Source: a phage
Sequence record: PZ452588.1
DNA length: 64,000 bases
Strand: one strand, 5' to 3'
Shown piece by piece: positions 18,592-26,969 of the stretch (positions are counted from its first letter, which is position 1; every line of letters starts with the position of its first letter). The notes under the pieces were generated by a model. That model saw only the letters and a program-made list of their open reading frames with translations. It was not told the DNA's origin and ran no database searches. Position numbers and translations under genes: made by a program.

Positions 18592-18899
18592 CGGAAAGTC
18601 CCTGCAATTGGAATACTAACAATACGCCCAGTATCTAAAATTCGCTGATATAATCTTTGTGTGTCTACGTCAGGCTTAACATGTTTAACTTCTATTTTAT
18701 TAAACCAAAATTTACGTGGAGTCTCAACTAATCTTGGAATTCCCTTACCTAAAGCTAGTTGATACTGCTCTTTAAGAGTGGTAAATACTTTATCAGCAAT
18801 CTTCCATTCAAAAAATACAGCAGGACGATGTTCATCAAGCGGAACTGGTGCCGTAAATCCATCCTTATCTCTATACACTATCGCATATACATAAACCAT
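18588..18899 (-). CDS. Hypothetical protein (103 aa), dda.1 position
   Basis: ORF. Confidence 0.55.
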   Translation of the reverse strand: MVYVYAIVYRDKDGFTAPVPLDEHRPAVFFEWKIADKVFTTLKEQYQLALGKGIPRLVETPRKFWFNKIEVKHVKPDVDTQRLYQRILDTGRIVSIPIAGTFR

Positions 18900-18900
18900 A

Positions 18901-19647
18901 TTATCCTCGGATAAGTTTAAAAATTGAACAATTCAGCGGATATCCTCTTTTCAGTTTAAGTTTATCAATAAATGATAAGTTTTGAAACCGCTCTACGCCT
19001 TGAATAATTTTATCACACATATCATATTGCATTTCTGCTTCTGACAACTTTTTCACAATTTTCCAATCCGAACCTTTAAGAAGAACGTTCAGTTTAACAA
19101 CTTCAGCGCCTTCTGCTATACGAGAACCATCAATACGAGCTTTAAGTGCTACAATAGTTAATTTAATATCAGCGGTTTGTTTTGATTTAGAAAGCTGTGA
19201 AATGTGTTCAATTCGGTTTTCACGTTTTTTCTGTATAGCTTTAATTTGATTATAGGTCTTTTTGATTTTAGCCCATTTCTTTTCATCTAAATTTAGTTTA
19301 TGAACTTTTTTCGCAGATGAACGACCAATTCGCAAAGCAAATAAATCACGCTTTTCAATCAACTCCTCTAAAGTATAATCAGAACGAAATGTATTATACT
19401 TTTTCTTTACTGCAATAACATTCCCTTTAATGTATCCAATGTTATTATCAAAACGTTCTAATGATAATTTCTCTCCTTCAATACGATTATCAAAAGGTTC
19501 TCCCGAGTAAGCACAAACTTTTTGATCTAAAATGTTCTTAATGTAATTGAAGTCTAAGTTAAAATCTTTAGAACGTCTTTTTGCAGATGCCTGAGTGTGC
19601 TCTAAACGACGTTTAATTTTACGAATTTGATTATTAGACAGTTTCAT
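18901..19647 (-). CDS. srd: Probable Srd (248 aa)
   Basis: Basic 248-aa ORF at T4 srd position between dda.1 and modA. Confidence 0.55.
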   Translation of the reverse strand: MKLSNNQIRKIKRRLEHTQASAKRRSKDFNLDFNYIKNILDQKVCAYSGEPFDNRIEGEKLSLERFDNNIGYIKGNVIAVKKKYNTFRSDYTLEELIEKRDLFALRIGRSSAKKVHKLNLDEKKWAKIKKTYNQIKAIQKKRENRIEHISQLSKSKQTADIKLTIVALKARIDGSRIAEGAEVVKLNVLLKGSDWKIVKKLSEAEMQYDMCDKIIQGVERFQNLSFIDKLKLKRGYPLNCSIFKLIRG

Positions 19648-19679
19648 ATTTTTCTCACATCTTACGGACGATTTAATAC

Positions 19680-19715
19680 TTACTATAACATTTTTACTTC
19701 AGATTGTAAACAACT
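19680..19715 (-). promoter_or_regulatory. Early sigma70-type promoter upstream of srd
   Basis: Minus strand GTTTAC (fwd 19706-19711), 18-nt spacer, TATAGT (fwd 19682-19687). Confidence 0.5.
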
Positions 19716-19769
19716 TTATGCAAAAAATGCTTTAAAAATTTCATGGTATAATGAATCTAAGTCCTTCCA

Positions 19770-20372
19770 TTATAGATTAAATCCTTCAAAATCAAGAGTA
19801 TAGATAGTGTATGTTGAATACTTTTTATACTCGTATCTATCTGCAATTCTAAATACACTTCCAGCTGGTATCATTACTTCTTGTTCATCTGAAACTAATT
19901 CCATATTACGATAACGATGGCTATCCGGAAACTTAAAGTTTGGATTGTATTCTTTACAGCGTAGAGCTTTTATAGCATACTCCTGGAAATTGAATACCAT
20001 AGGAGCTTTGAATTCAAAAATAACTTGTGTGTTATACTCTAAACCGGAAGCAAAATGTAGAGCTATATTTTTATCATATGAAGCTGATACGACTTTATCA
20101 AATGTAATAATATCAATTCCTTGATTTAACACCTGCTTAGTCTCAGCTGGAACACCTCTCCAAAGAGGTTTATCGTTTGGAACCAAACGAGATTTGATTA
20201 TTTCATTTAACCAAGTATGGTCATCTGGTTTGTTGGTAATACAATGAATTAAAAGTTCAATTTCAGATAAATTAAACCCTTCAGAAAGTAATTCTTCACG
20301 AATAGAAGCACGCACCGATGCATCCATTGATTTTATTTTAAAATCTTTTAGTTGCATTACTGAGTATTTCAT
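19770..20372 (-). CDS. modA: ADP-ribosyltransferase ModA (200 aa)
   Basis: R-S-E ART motifs (LWRG, SAS, EQEVMIP); 200 aa; T4 modA position. Confidence 0.75.
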   Translation of the reverse strand: MKYSVMQLKDFKIKSMDASVRASIREELLSEGFNLSEIELLIHCITNKPDDHTWLNEIIKSRLVPNDKPLWRGVPAETKQVLNQGIDIITFDKVVSASYDKNIALHFASGLEYNTQVIFEFKAPMVFNFQEYAIKALRCKEYNPNFKFPDSHRYRNMELVSDEQEVMIPAGSVFRIADRYEYKKYSTYTIYTLDFEGFNL

Positions 20373-20992
20373 TCAACTACCTCAATATCATAAACTTTAA
20401 ATGTTCCGAATGAATCGTGTAATTTTTCTTTTGAAATAGAAGTTATTTTATACTTTCCAATTGGAATCATCCATTCTTGTTCACGCACAATCATCATCAA
20501 GTTATCAGTACGTTCTGAATCTAATCCATCAGTATCTTCATACGTGTACTTGAACTCAGTATTAGGAGAAGAAAGTATAATATCGCTGATATGGTCAGAA
20601 TAATTAAAAGCTTTATCAGTTTTTAAACGAAGTATTGTTTCAGTGAAATATTCAGCATAAGAAAAAGAACACGCTGTGTGCAAACTAGTAGTAAATGAAT
20701 CTACCCTGTTCGTTGAAAACACTTCTCCAACTTGTAAATCTTTAATGAGTTCTTTTGTCGATTTTGATATACCACGATATAACTGATAAGGCGATTTAGT
20801 TAAATGCTTTTTAATGATTTTATTCAACTGCCTATGAATAGCTTCATTCTTTTTGGCTTCCATACATTGCCAAAGAACAGACTGCTCAAAGTCAGTAAAT
20901 TTTTCACAGACCTTTTTATACATATCATATTGAAAATCAACGCTTTCAGCTTTTATAGATAACTGTTCAACATCTGCAAGATTAATAATCAT
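20369..20992 (-). CDS. modB: ADP-ribosyltransferase ModB (207 aa)
   Basis: R-S-E ART motifs (LYRG, SFTTS, EQEWMIP); 207 aa; adjacent to modA. Confidence 0.75.
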   Translation of the reverse strand: MIINLADVEQLSIKAESVDFQYDMYKKVCEKFTDFEQSVLWQCMEAKKNEAIHRQLNKIIKKHLTKSPYQLYRGISKSTKELIKDLQVGEVFSTNRVDSFTTSLHTACSFSYAEYFTETILRLKTDKAFNYSDHISDIILSSPNTEFKYTYEDTDGLDSERTDNLMMIVREQEWMIPIGKYKITSISKEKLHDSFGTFKVYDIEVVE

Positions 20993-21059
20993 GATAGCCT
21001 CCGTATACTTCAGAAGCTATCATATCATCGTTAGAAAGGAAAGTAAACAACTTTTTGAA

Positions 21060-21242
21060 TTATTTTGCCCAGGGAGCCCAGGGCGGAGGGTCAAGATGGT
21101 ATGAAGCTAGTTCTTCTAGAAGAGCATCTGGGGCTTCAATTCCATAATTCTGTAATACTATACGGTACTCTTTCTTATAATCACTAGAATCATTCTGGAT
21201 ATTCGTAGAATGATTATCTTCTAACATCTCAAATAAATCCAT
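21060..21242 (-). CDS. Hypothetical protein (60 aa)
   Basis: ORF. Confidence 0.45.
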   Translation of the reverse strand: MDLFEMLEDNHSTNIQNDSSDYKKEYRIVLQNYGIEAPDALLEELASYHLDPPPWAPWAK

Positions 21243-21250
21243 ATTAATTC

Positions 21251-21721
21251 CTAGCGATAAAAACCAAATTGACGATTAGCTTCAATAATCTTTCTTTCTT
21301 CTTCGGACATTCTCCAGCGTAGTCCAACATCAAAATGAGCCCAGACCATCCTAACAAATGCATTTATATCTTTAATATCTTCAATAATGAATGTTTTACT
21401 TTTAGAAGGTTGACTCGCTAATTTAACTTTATCGTCTTCAAACATGTCAAAAAGACCATATTCATGAGCTCTTTTATAGCCTTTAATAGTTAAAGCTTCA
21501 GAAGAAGAAAATGGTGAATCTGTATTCTGCAAAATATCTTCAGTATGCTTTATAATTAGAATAACATTTTCTGGATATTTTCTTTCTTTTATATCTTTAA
21601 TTAAAATATCCGGATTTTCTGCTAAAGGAATAATTAACGAGCATTTTTTATCAAGTGTATTTACTGATTTACCTTCTTTGGACATAAATTCTATTGAATA
21701 ATGTTTTGCTACTTCAATCAT
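21251..21721 (-). CDS. Hypothetical protein (156 aa), mrh region
   Basis: ORF. Confidence 0.5.
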   Translation of the reverse strand: MIEVAKHYSIEFMSKEGKSVNTLDKKCSLIIPLAENPDILIKDIKERKYPENVILIIKHTEDILQNTDSPFSSSEALTIKGYKRAHEYGLFDMFEDDKVKLASQPSKSKTFIIEDIKDINAFVRMVWAHFDVGLRWRMSEEERKIIEANRQFGFYR

Positions 21722-21874
21722 GTGATTTCCTTTTGCCTACTAATGGACCGTCAGGAATTTTATTTTCCTGGATATACTTCTCATTTTCTTCCATCATTTT
21801 ACTGCCAATTTTAAGAAGCAAATCCAAGGCTTCATTTGCTTTAGCCTTTGCCTCTTCTAACGTCATATCTTTGG

Positions 21875-22078
21875 TCATGATTTATCACCATAGATGTCTC
21901 TCATCAATTTAAGCGCTGAGCGTTCTAATTTCTTTTCTTTCTCAGCACTAATCATTGATTTCATCCATTCTTCTGACTCGTTCTGCATTTCTTTATTTGC
22001 CTGTTCAACCCAACCATCATCAATATACATTGAGTTTGGTCTATTGAACCATTCAAGCATTTTCTTCAGAACTTTCAT
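21875..22078 (-). CDS. Hypothetical protein (67 aa)
   Basis: ORF. Confidence 0.45.
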   Translation of the reverse strand: MKVLKKMLEWFNRPNSMYIDDGWVEQANKEMQNESEEWMKSMISAEKEKKLERSALKLMRDIYGDKS

Positions 22079-22550
22079 TTGTTTTACCTAAAACGATAGT
22101 ATGGACACCGTCAAATTCATGAATTTTTAGCAAATTTGGATTTAAATTATTCCATAAAGAGGTAATAAAATATGATAGCGCACTTTCGTCTGTAATTATA
22201 AATTTATTTCCTTTATCTATTTTCCAATCATATATTGAATCATATGAATAGAAGGACAATGGTTTATTATTATAATATGCTTCACTAACATCAATATAGT
22301 TAGATTTAGTAAATGCTTGAATTGACATAAATGGAGAATTTTTTACAGTTTCAATAATTCCGATCTTTTTGAGTTTTATTTCAACATCTTCTGGAACTGG
22401 CATTGAAATAAAATCTTCTACTAGATACATGTTATTGTCATATCTTTTATCAATCATTACTGCTACGGTAATTGGAACATCCTTAACAAACGCCATACTA
22501 ATACTATTGATAGACATTTCAAACAAAATTGCTTCCATAATTTTCCTCAA
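22053..22550 (-). CDS. Hypothetical protein (165 aa)
   Basis: ORF. Confidence 0.5.
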   Translation of the reverse strand: MRKIMEAILFEMSINSISMAFVKDVPITVAVMIDKRYDNNMYLVEDFISMPVPEDVEIKLKKIGIIETVKNSPFMSIQAFTKSNYIDVSEAYYNNKPLSFYSYDSIYDWKIDKGNKFIITDESALSYFITSLWNNLNPNLLKIHEFDGVHTIVLGKTNESSEENA

Positions 22551-22879
22551 TCACAAGATGTAGATGAACAACTAGAATCACAAGAACTTCCGCATGAATC
22601 ACCTGCCCATATGTGAACAGGGACATTTGTATCATATGAAGAATTAGAACTTTTAACTTCGTTAGAAGATGCAGGTACTGACCATCGCCAAGGATTTTTA
22701 TAATATTCTTGGGCTTCTTCGTAAGTCATAGTAACTGCTTCTACTGTTCCATCTCCCATATAAACATATTCAACTACAGTTAAAGGAAGATAGTCATTTG
22801 AAATAGGAACTACACCTTCTCCGGGAGTTGTAGAGAAAAAATCCGTAAAGAAACTTTTAAACCAATTAAAGATAAACAT
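22547..22879 (-). CDS. Hypothetical protein (110 aa) with Cys/Ser-rich C-terminal tail
   Basis: C-terminus [19 protein letters not shown]. Confidence 0.5.
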   Translation of the reverse strand: MFIFNWFKSFFTDFFSTTPGEGVVPISNDYLPLTVVEYVYMGDGTVEAVTMTYEEAQEYYKNPWRWSVPASSNEVKSSNSSYDTNVPVHIWAGDSCGSSCDSSCSSTSCD

Positions 22880-23091
22880 TATAAAAAGTCTCTTTGAAAT
22901 TCGACTCTTTGAAATCCACCCCAGTCAGTGTATCGCATTTCAGCATTGAACTCGACTGAACCATCTGCATGCATCATGAATGAATGCGTGACGACATCAC
23001 AATCCCAGCTTTTCATACCCCATTTATCAGAGATAGCTTTATCAAGAACCTTCTGGAGGTCTTCATTTGGTTTAATCCAGCGATTTAACAT
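22879..23091 (-). CDS. Hypothetical protein (70 aa)
   Basis: ORF. Confidence 0.5.
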   Translation of the reverse strand: MLNRWIKPNEDLQKVLDKAISDKWGMKSWDCDVVTHSFMMHADGSVEFNAEMRYTDWGGFQRVEFQRDFL

Positions 23092-23114
23092 AGTGCTCTC
23101 CTCTATAAGATAAA

Positions 23115-23150
23115 TCTATTATACCATACTCATTTTGGAAAGTAAACCGT
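23115..23150 (-). promoter_or_regulatory. Early sigma70-type promoter
   Basis: Minus strand GTTTAC (fwd 23142-23147) and TATAAT (fwd 23119-23124). Confidence 0.55.
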
Positions 23151-23160
23151 TTAAATGAAA

Positions 23161-23184
23161 AAAGGACTCCCGAAGGAGTCCTTG
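23161..23184 (-). terminator. Rho-independent terminator downstream of soc (UUCG-loop hairpin + U-run)
   Basis: AGGACTCC-CGAA-GGAGTCCT stem-loop; minus-strand readout followed by TTTTTTCATTT. Confidence 0.7.
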
Positions 23185-23189
23185 AATTA

Positions 23190-23435
23190 TTAACCACCAG
23201 TTACTTTCCACAAATCTTCGTTTGCAGCAATCCATTCAGTACGCTGATTTTCTTCATATACAGTAGTATATGCTGCTTTTTCTGAAGGGAACGTCTGGTA
23301 ATGAGCACCAGAAATTTTGTGAACGTCAGAATAAAGAGGGAAAGCTACTGAAATTTCCTTTCCTTCAATTTTCTTATTTCCATCTAATTTCTGCTCAAAT
23401 GTTTTGATATTAACATAACCGCGAGTACTAGCCAT
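23190..23435 (-). CDS. soc: Small outer capsid protein Soc (81 aa)
   Basis: MASTRGYVNIKTFEQKLDGNKKIEGKEISVAFPLYSDVHKISGAHYQTF... matches recalled T4 Soc. Confidence 0.9.
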   Translation of the reverse strand: MASTRGYVNIKTFEQKLDGNKKIEGKEISVAFPLYSDVHKISGAHYQTFPSEKAAYTTVYEENQRTEWIAANEDLWKVTGG

Positions 23436-23455
23436 GTAATTCTCCTTTTATTTAA

Positions 23456-23463
23456 ATTACATG
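23456..23463 (-). promoter_or_regulatory. Late promoter TATAAATA upstream of soc
   Basis: Exact T4 late-promoter octamer on minus strand about 20 nt upstream of soc ATG. Confidence 0.55.
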
Positions 23464-23503
23464 ATTATTTATAATAAATTCTCGCGGCTTTTAAGACGAG
23501 CTG

Positions 23504-24022
23504 TTAATAACCTCGGTCTTGACGAGCGAAATTTTCAGCATTTTTCAGATAATAAAGTTTAAAGATTTCTTCAGCTGTAAGACCAAGACCCTGGAACATA
23601 TTCAGAACGAAATGAAGAATATCAATCATTTCAAATTTAATTTCTAACTGGTCTTGCGGAGACAAATCAGTAATCAGAGTTTCACGACGTTCACCATGCT
23701 GTGACTTCCAAGGTTTCCATACAGCAGATGCATCTTTTTCGCCATTGCTCATACCACCAAGAGAAGTCAGAAGTTCGCGGAATTCATCATCAATATAATC
23801 TTTCTGATTACGCAGCCAATCAACAACTTCACCTGCAGTAGCCAAATCATCAGGATGACGGTTATATTCAGGTTTATCTTTAGCTAAACGAATCTGTAGA
23901 GATTTCTGCATATCAAGCATTACCTGCAGCGGGTCTTTTTCATCACCGAGAATATCCCAATATTCATTTTGAGCTTTATCAGCGCCTTCGATCAGTTGAC
24001 TACATTCGTTGAAATGTGGCAT
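23504..24022 (-). CDS. 56: dCTPase/dUTPase gp56 (172 aa)
   Basis: 172-aa ORF at T4 gene 56 position and size. Confidence 0.85.
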   Translation of the reverse strand: MPHFNECSQLIEGADKAQNEYWDILGDEKDPLQVMLDMQKSLQIRLAKDKPEYNRHPDDLATAGEVVDWLRNQKDYIDDEFRELLTSLGGMSNGEKDASAVWKPWKSQHGERRETLITDLSPQDQLEIKFEMIDILHFVLNMFQGLGLTAEEIFKLYYLKNAENFARQDRGY

Positions 24023-24095
24023 GTTATTTTTCCTTTCAATTCATGGGTTAGTAGATTAATTATACAATAAATATATAAAGCAATAAGGAGGACAT

Positions 24096-24296
24096 ATGGT
24101 ACAAAAATTAATGGCACTTGTTAATGCCATAAAAGGTAATAAAAAACGTATAGCTTTTACTATTTCTGCTATGGTAGGAATTTTACTCTGGAACTTTATT
24201 CTATCACCTGTTGCAATTGCACATGGTATTAATATTCCAATAGTTACTCTTGATACATTTGTAGATTTAGCATTTGCTTTAGTTGGGTTGATTTAA
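24096..24296 (+). CDS. Small putative membrane protein (66 aa) on the opposite strand
   Basis: Strong SD AAGGAGG 4 nt before ATG; two hydrophobic segments; sits in the otherwise empty 56-61 interval. Confidence 0.45.
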   Translation: MVQKLMALVNAIKGNKKRIAFTISAMVGILLWNFILSPVAIAHGINIPIVTLDTFVDLAFALVGLI

Positions 24297-25321
24297 ATCT
24301 TAGCATATTTAGATAACCGCATTTTAGCCATCAACCCCTGGGCAATATTATTTTTCATATATTCCATAATTTGTTCAGGGGTTGCACCTTCCTTTCTAAT
24401 CATATCATTGACATCTTTTGATTTCCAGGGAGATTTATCCCAAAACATAATCCTTTCTCCTGCATCAACTAATTTAGTAATTCGCTTAATAGTGTCAGGG
24501 TGACGAGGTTCATTATCTAAAACCCACACTCGTCTATCTTTAAATGGAACAACTTCTAGGTCTAATTGACCACCCGTAATAGCTATACCATTTTCAATAA
24601 AAAGTGAATCTATAGGTCCTTCTAGAACATATACATCGCCATCTTTAACTCGTTCGACTCCATATATTTTTGTTGCCTCAGGATAAGCTTTAATGGTGAT
24701 ATATTTTTGAGGAGCATCTTTCTTTAATGCGCGTCCTTGAAAAGACTCAGCCTTTCCGTCAGCATTATAAATTGGAATAACAAGACGAGGCTCAGAAATT
24801 TCCTTTTTATATGTTCCCGGTGCTATGCTATTAACTAATTTAGGCCATTCGGTTGTAAACCAAAGATATTTCCATTTATCCTTTGGAATACAACGAGCTT
24901 TTACATATTTTATAATTGGATGGTCTTCCGCCAGTTTATCTAATCTAACACATGACGGAAGAGATTTAATTATTTTCTTCTCAGGTTGTTTAGGAAGTTC
25001 TTTAGGTTTTTCTACTGGACGACTTTTACCTTTTTCTTTTCTTATTTCAAAGATATACTCACGATATAAATCAGGTTCAAACTCCTTTAAATATATTCCG
25101 ATTGGTGCATGATAGTTACAGTTATAACAATGAATATTTCCTTCATTATTATCACCATAATACCATCCACGGGCTTTATTTTGGTCGGTTTTTGAATCTC
25201 CACAAACTGGGCATCTAAACCGTAATTTAAAAGTTGAACTATTATTTACTTGTGTGAATTTAGGTAAATGAGCTAATGCACGATACGCAAACTCATTATC
25301 AATCCAAGGTATTGATGACAT
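24293..25321 (-). CDS. 61: DNA primase gp61 (342 aa)
   Basis: N-terminal zinc ribbon CPVCGDSK...CYNCNYH plus TOPRIM region; 342 aa as T4 gp61. Confidence 0.92.
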   Translation of the reverse strand: MSSIPWIDNEFAYRALAHLPKFTQVNNSSTFKLRFRCPVCGDSKTDQNKARGWYYGDNNEGNIHCYNCNYHAPIGIYLKEFEPDLYREYIFEIRKEKGKSRPVEKPKELPKQPEKKIIKSLPSCVRLDKLAEDHPIIKYVKARCIPKDKWKYLWFTTEWPKLVNSIAPGTYKKEISEPRLVIPIYNADGKAESFQGRALKKDAPQKYITIKAYPEATKIYGVERVKDGDVYVLEGPIDSLFIENGIAITGGQLDLEVVPFKDRRVWVLDNEPRHPDTIKRITKLVDAGERIMFWDKSPWKSKDVNDMIRKEGATPEQIMEYMKNNIAQGLMAKMRLSKYAKI

Positions 25322-25323
25322 TT

Positions 25324-25488
25324 TTACTCTTCTTTTTCTTTAGATTCCTCTTTTTTCTTTTTAGGAATCTGTTCAGGACCTTTATTTACCACAGCACCTG
25401 ATGTTGTTCCAGTAGAGATATTTTCAGGATTACCACCTGAATCTCCAGCAACCATATCTTCTTTGATAAATTCTTTATATGTTTTCAT
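25324..25488 (-). CDS. Small hypothetical protein (54 aa), 61.1 position; not in ORF track
   Basis: Hand translation MKTYKEFIKEDMVAGDSGGNPENISTGTTSGAVVNKGPEQIPKKKKEESKEKEE; stop 3 nt before gene 61 ATG. Confidence 0.45.
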   Translation of the reverse strand: MKTYKEFIKEDMVAGDSGGNPENISTGTTSGAVVNKGPEQIPKKKKEESKEKEE

Positions 25489-25489
25489 A

Positions 25490-26116
25490 TTAACCTCTAT
25501 TCATAAAAGCATTAAAAATTTGGTCATCAATAGAAACATTTACTTTAGACTGTTTTTCTGATGGTAATTCATATCCACATATTACAATTTTGTGATCAAT
25601 ATCAAAATACACAGAAGCAATATGATTAATGATGTTTTCAGTAAAATCTAAATCAACATCAATATCTTTTTGACCACAGTCCAAAGGATAAATAATGCGA
25701 GTAATTCGATTATCTTTAACAAATATTCCACCGACATACTCTGTGCTGCGTTTAAAGTCTACACGCCGACGAAATGAAAAATATTCAGGCTCTCTATGAG
25801 CTCGGCTCATAGGACACAACGAGTAACTAGAATAAGAGATGTCAAATCCTACGCCTTCGATATGAGCCAAAGTGTTATGATTAAACCAATTATAATCGTA
25901 CGCCAAATCCATTAGATTATAATATGTAAAAGGCACCGGATTAACATCATTAGTCACAAGCATGTAATTAGCAACTGCTATAATTTCATTGTTTTTAACG
26001 AATACAAACCGTGATTGATGCGAATGGCCTGGACCCGCGTTTTCACGATTAATGATATAACACTGGGCACCTTTATATTTGTATGTATCTTTACACTTGT
26101 GCATTTGATAGAGCAT
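25490..26116 (-). CDS. Hypothetical protein (208 aa), 61.2 position (possible AdfA-type anti-defence protein)
   Basis: ORF at the 61.2 position; functional label is by position only. Confidence 0.5.
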   Translation of the reverse strand: MLYQMHKCKDTYKYKGAQCYIINRENAGPGHSHQSRFVFVKNNEIIAVANYMLVTNDVNPVPFTYYNLMDLAYDYNWFNHNTLAHIEGVGFDISYSSYSLCPMSRAHREPEYFSFRRRVDFKRSTEYVGGIFVKDNRITRIIYPLDCGQKDIDVDLDFTENIINHIASVYFDIDHKIVICGYELPSEKQSKVNVSIDDQIFNAFMNRG

Positions 26117-26409
26117 TATTCACCTACCACTTCAGCGATGATATTTTTGTTATTAAAGTTTTTATCGCAATACAGAACATAATTATACTGCATTACACCA
26201 CCAGACTTAAGTTGTTTTTGCACTTCAGCTTTCATTTCAGGGCGATCACGCTCAACGATATTCATAATATCCGCTTCAATTTGAGTTTCAACTTCAGTCT
26301 GATCCGCAGTCATAGACCATTCACACAAATCTTTATCATATCCTGCCATAGCAGGCTGAGCAGCACAAGAAGCCAAAGTAAAAATTGTAGCAAAAATAAA
26401 TTTTTTCAT
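26116..26409 (-). CDS. sp: Spackle periplasmic protein (97 aa)
   Basis: 97 aa with N-terminal signal peptide (MKKFIFATIFTLASCAAQPAMA); T4 sp (61.3) position and size. Confidence 0.75.
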   Translation of the reverse strand: MKKFIFATIFTLASCAAQPAMAGYDKDLCEWSMTADQTEVETQIEADIMNIVERDRPEMKAEVQKQLKSGGVMQYNYVLYCDKNFNNKNIIAEVVGE

Positions 26410-26469
26410 GATAATCTCCTCAGTAGTTTATGTTTATATAGTATCTCAATTTCCAACAAAAGTAAATAG

Positions 26470-26727
26470 TTATTTTAAAACTTCTGCATAATCACATGTT
26501 ATAAACTGTTTCTCTAACTTGACGATTTTACGAAAGTATCTTTTGCATTGACGAATCTGTCGCTTTGTAGGGCGCACAGCAAACTTAATAAATTCCACTC
26601 GACCAAATGGAGGACTTTCTTCTGCTGGAATATCTAACACCAATTCCCACGTATCCGCAATAAGTGCCTTGAATTGAGTATTTTTCCTAACATTATACGG
26701 AGTAGGTTTAAATAAAACAATGTGCAT
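26470..26727 (-). CDS. Hypothetical basic protein (85 aa), 61.4 position
   Basis: ORF between sp and dmd. Confidence 0.5.
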   Translation of the reverse strand: MHIVLFKPTPYNVRKNTQFKALIADTWELVLDIPAEESPPFGRVEFIKFAVRPTKRQIRQCKRYFRKIVKLEKQFITCDYAEVLK

Positions 26728-26728
26728 A

Positions 26729-26911
26729 TTATCCTCGGCAATCTACTTCATATACTTTCTTGTCATCAATGAAAGCTTTAACTAATGCTTTATTAACTTC
26801 AGCATATTGCGTAGTAGCCCATTGAACGTCATCTTTCATCATTGTGATTTCTTTAGTAAACATGCTTTCATTCTTAAACCACCCCATAAAAACTACCTTT
26901 ACCAATTCCAT
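26729..26911 (-). CDS. dmd: Dmd antitoxin (60 aa)
   Basis: MELVKVVFMGWFKNESMFTKEITMMKDDVQWATTQYAEVNKALVKAFIDDKKVYEVDCRG matches recalled T4 Dmd; adjacent to gene 41. Confidence 0.8.
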   Translation of the reverse strand: MELVKVVFMGWFKNESMFTKEITMMKDDVQWATTQYAEVNKALVKAFIDDKKVYEVDCRG

Positions 26912-26969
26912 AACAATCTCCTCATTTAACCAACAAGACTACTATACCATAGTCTTGTCAGCTTGTAAA

